From sequence record NZ_CP066438.1: a DNA stretch of 38,373 bases; one strand, written 5' to 3'. Position 1 is the stretch's first letter. Each line of letters opens with the position of its first letter. The position numbers were made by a program, and so were the translations under genes. Positions 36,924 to 38,373 of this stretch are shown here, piece after piece. This stretch comes from a plasmid. The notes under the pieces are model-generated. The model was not told the DNA's origin, searched no databases, and saw nothing but the letters and a program-made list of their open reading frames with translations.

Positions 36924-37712
36924 ATGGCAAGAATATTGTCAGTAGCCAATCAAAAAGGTGGAGTTTCTAAAACTACGACTAGCGTTAATTTAGCAGCATG
37001 TTTGAAATTTGTTTACGGTAAAAATGTACTTTTAGTGGACATTGATCCTCAGGGAAATGCTACAGATAATGTAGGTTTCGATATAGATGGAACAAACCAA
37101 CCTACAATTTATGAAGTATTAAAAGGGGAGGCTGACATTACAGATGCTATTCTGGACTATAAAGGAATTGATGTTTTGCCAGCCGACATAGCCCTTTCTT
37201 CTGCAGAGAGGGAATTTACTCAAGTAGGAAGTGAACACAGGCTTAAAAGAGTACTTCAACCAATCAAGGACAACTATGATTATATTATAATTGATTGTCC
37301 ACCAAGTTTAGGAATGCTTACAGTCAACGCATTTACTGTTTCTGATGAAATTATCATTCCAGTTGAAGCTGCGTATTTCTCATTAAAAGGACTAATAAAG
37401 TTAAGTGAAACTATTGAAACGGTAAAAGAATATACGAACGACAAGCTTGAAGTACGAGGAGTTCTATTTACTAAGTATAATAAGCGTTATAACATTTCTA
37501 AAGAAATGACGTCTGCAGCAACCGAAATTTCTAGAGTCATTGGTGCAAAAATTTTCAAAACTTATATTCGTAGGACAATAACCGTTGACGAAGCGCAAGC
37601 TGCTGGATCAGATCTAATCAATTTTAATAAACCCTCAACAGCTGAAGATGACTATAAAGCATTTACAGAAGAATATTTAAAAGAAGTTGGTGATTTTGAT
37701 GGCAGAAGATAA
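36924..37712 (+). CDS. parA: ParA/Soj-family partition ATPase
   Basis: Deviant Walker A KGGVSKTT; 262 aa from ATG 36924. Confidence 0.85.
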   Translation: MARILSVANQKGGVSKTTTSVNLAACLKFVYGKNVLLVDIDPQGNATDNVGFDIDGTNQPTIYEVLKGEADITDAILDYKGIDVLPADIALSSAEREFTQVGSEHRLKRVLQPIKDNYDYIIIDCPPSLGMLTVNAFTVSDEIIIPVEAAYFSLKGLIKLSETIETVKEYTNDKLEVRGVLFTKYNKRYNISKEMTSAATEISRVIGAKIFKTYIRRTITVDEAQAAGSDLINFNKPSTAEDDYKAFTEEYLKEVGDFDGRR

Positions 37713-38025
37713 TCGCAGTCAAGCTGCAGTAAGTAGATTACTAGGAAATAAAAATAAAAAGAATTTTAAATCAAAAGAAGTAGAAGAAATCGAATTAACC
37801 AAGAAAAATATAAGTAAAGTCATAAAAGATCAAGGAAGTAGTGTAAGAACAGCAGATAGCATTCGTATAAATCCAATTCTAATGTCAGCACTCAAATATT
37901 GGACGACTATTGCTGAATCAGACAAAAGTAAACCAGACGTTATAGAAGATGCGCTATTAAAGTCCATACCTGAAGAATACTTGATTGAAGGATATAAACT
38001 AGCAAAGAAACAAAATAAAATTTAA
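37699..38025 (+). CDS. small ParB/PrgO-like partition adaptor (109 aa)
   Basis: Translationally coupled to parA (overlap); basic N-terminus; size typical of type Ib partition centromere-binding proteins. Confidence 0.5.
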   Translation: MAEDNRSQAAVSRLLGNKNKKNFKSKEVEEIELTKKNISKVIKDQGSSVRTADSIRINPILMSALKYWTTIAESDKSKPDVIEDALLKSIPEEYLIEGYKLAKKQNKI

Positions 38026-38030
38026 TTTAC

Positions 38031-38170
38031 ATTCAATATCACGATATCATAATATCGTGATATTTTTTTTATAAAAATCAGTAGTATCAAAGCTGATAAG
38101 TCGCTTATCTTCATATTGTAATATTACGATATCGTGATATAATATTATTGTAATATCGTGATATAGTTAC
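38031..38170. repeat. cluster of palindromic centromere-like repeats (aatatcacgatat/atatcgtgatatt and variants taatattacgatatcgtgatata, taatatcgtgatata)
   Basis: At least four copies of the ATATCGTGATAT core, direct and inverted; first one followed by a T-run (parB terminator). Related repeats occur upstream of parA at 36575-36612 and ~36820-36900. Confidence 0.5.
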
Positions 38171-38373
38171 TATGAGCTTAAACCTTGAAATAGAGCGGTT
38201 TGCTTTAATTTATTTTTTAAGGTAAACTAAAAAAAGATAAAAAAAGACTACTGCTTTAACAAAGTTTGGCGACTTATCAGCAGTAGAAAAATATATAGTG
38301 GATAGATATATTTGTTTAATTCATTGTAACATAGTTTTGAACAAAACGCTATCCTACAGAAAGAGGATTGGCT

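Overview
This window reads as a mosaic multidrug-resistance and vancomycin-resistance plasmid of the Enterococcus faecium pRUM type. Identifications below rest on recognising protein sequences and motifs in the ORF track and raw sequence; no database search was run. Order of content: a RepA_N-family initiator (1-1041) with internal 54-bp repeats; IS1216; ermBL-ermB; a topoisomerase fragment; an IS1182-family transposase remnant; a nucleotidyltransferase/methyltransferase pair; aadE-sat4-aph(3')-IIIa (Tn5405-like); IS1251; a truncated HTH-WYL regulator; IS1216; a Tn1546 remnant (delta-resolvase, vanR, vanS, IS1251 in the vanS-vanH spacer, vanHAXYZ, right IR); an ArsR regulator; an AbrB-fold/RelE-type TA pair; a serine recombinase; an IS30-family element sitting exactly at the 5' end of an AbiA/AbiK-like reverse transcriptase; an IS1216-truncated orphan hsdM; a 1.2-kb IS1216-IS1216 unit carrying an orphan 22-bp-iteron theta origin; a 5'-truncated acidic ORF; a small membrane protein plus an RHH protein behind a repeat-rich leader; axe-txe; a 334-aa protein with a canonical HEPN RNxxxH motif in an AT-rich island; a second serine recombinase; a Cheo-box-preceded Y-family polymerase/YolD operon; and a parA/parB-like locus flanked by palindromic centromere-like repeats. 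Four IS1216 copies (all on the minus strand, none with target-site duplications, two sequence alleles in a nested 1/4 versus 2/3 pattern) and two IS1251 copies (both with perfect 8-bp duplications) structure the region. Apart from the Tn1546/IS1251 and resistance-gene facts, the most interesting content is the addiction/defence neighbourhood at 21.4-33.1 kb: the IS-disrupted Abi reverse transcriptase, the orphan hsdM, the HEPN candidate and the small-membrane/RHH module.
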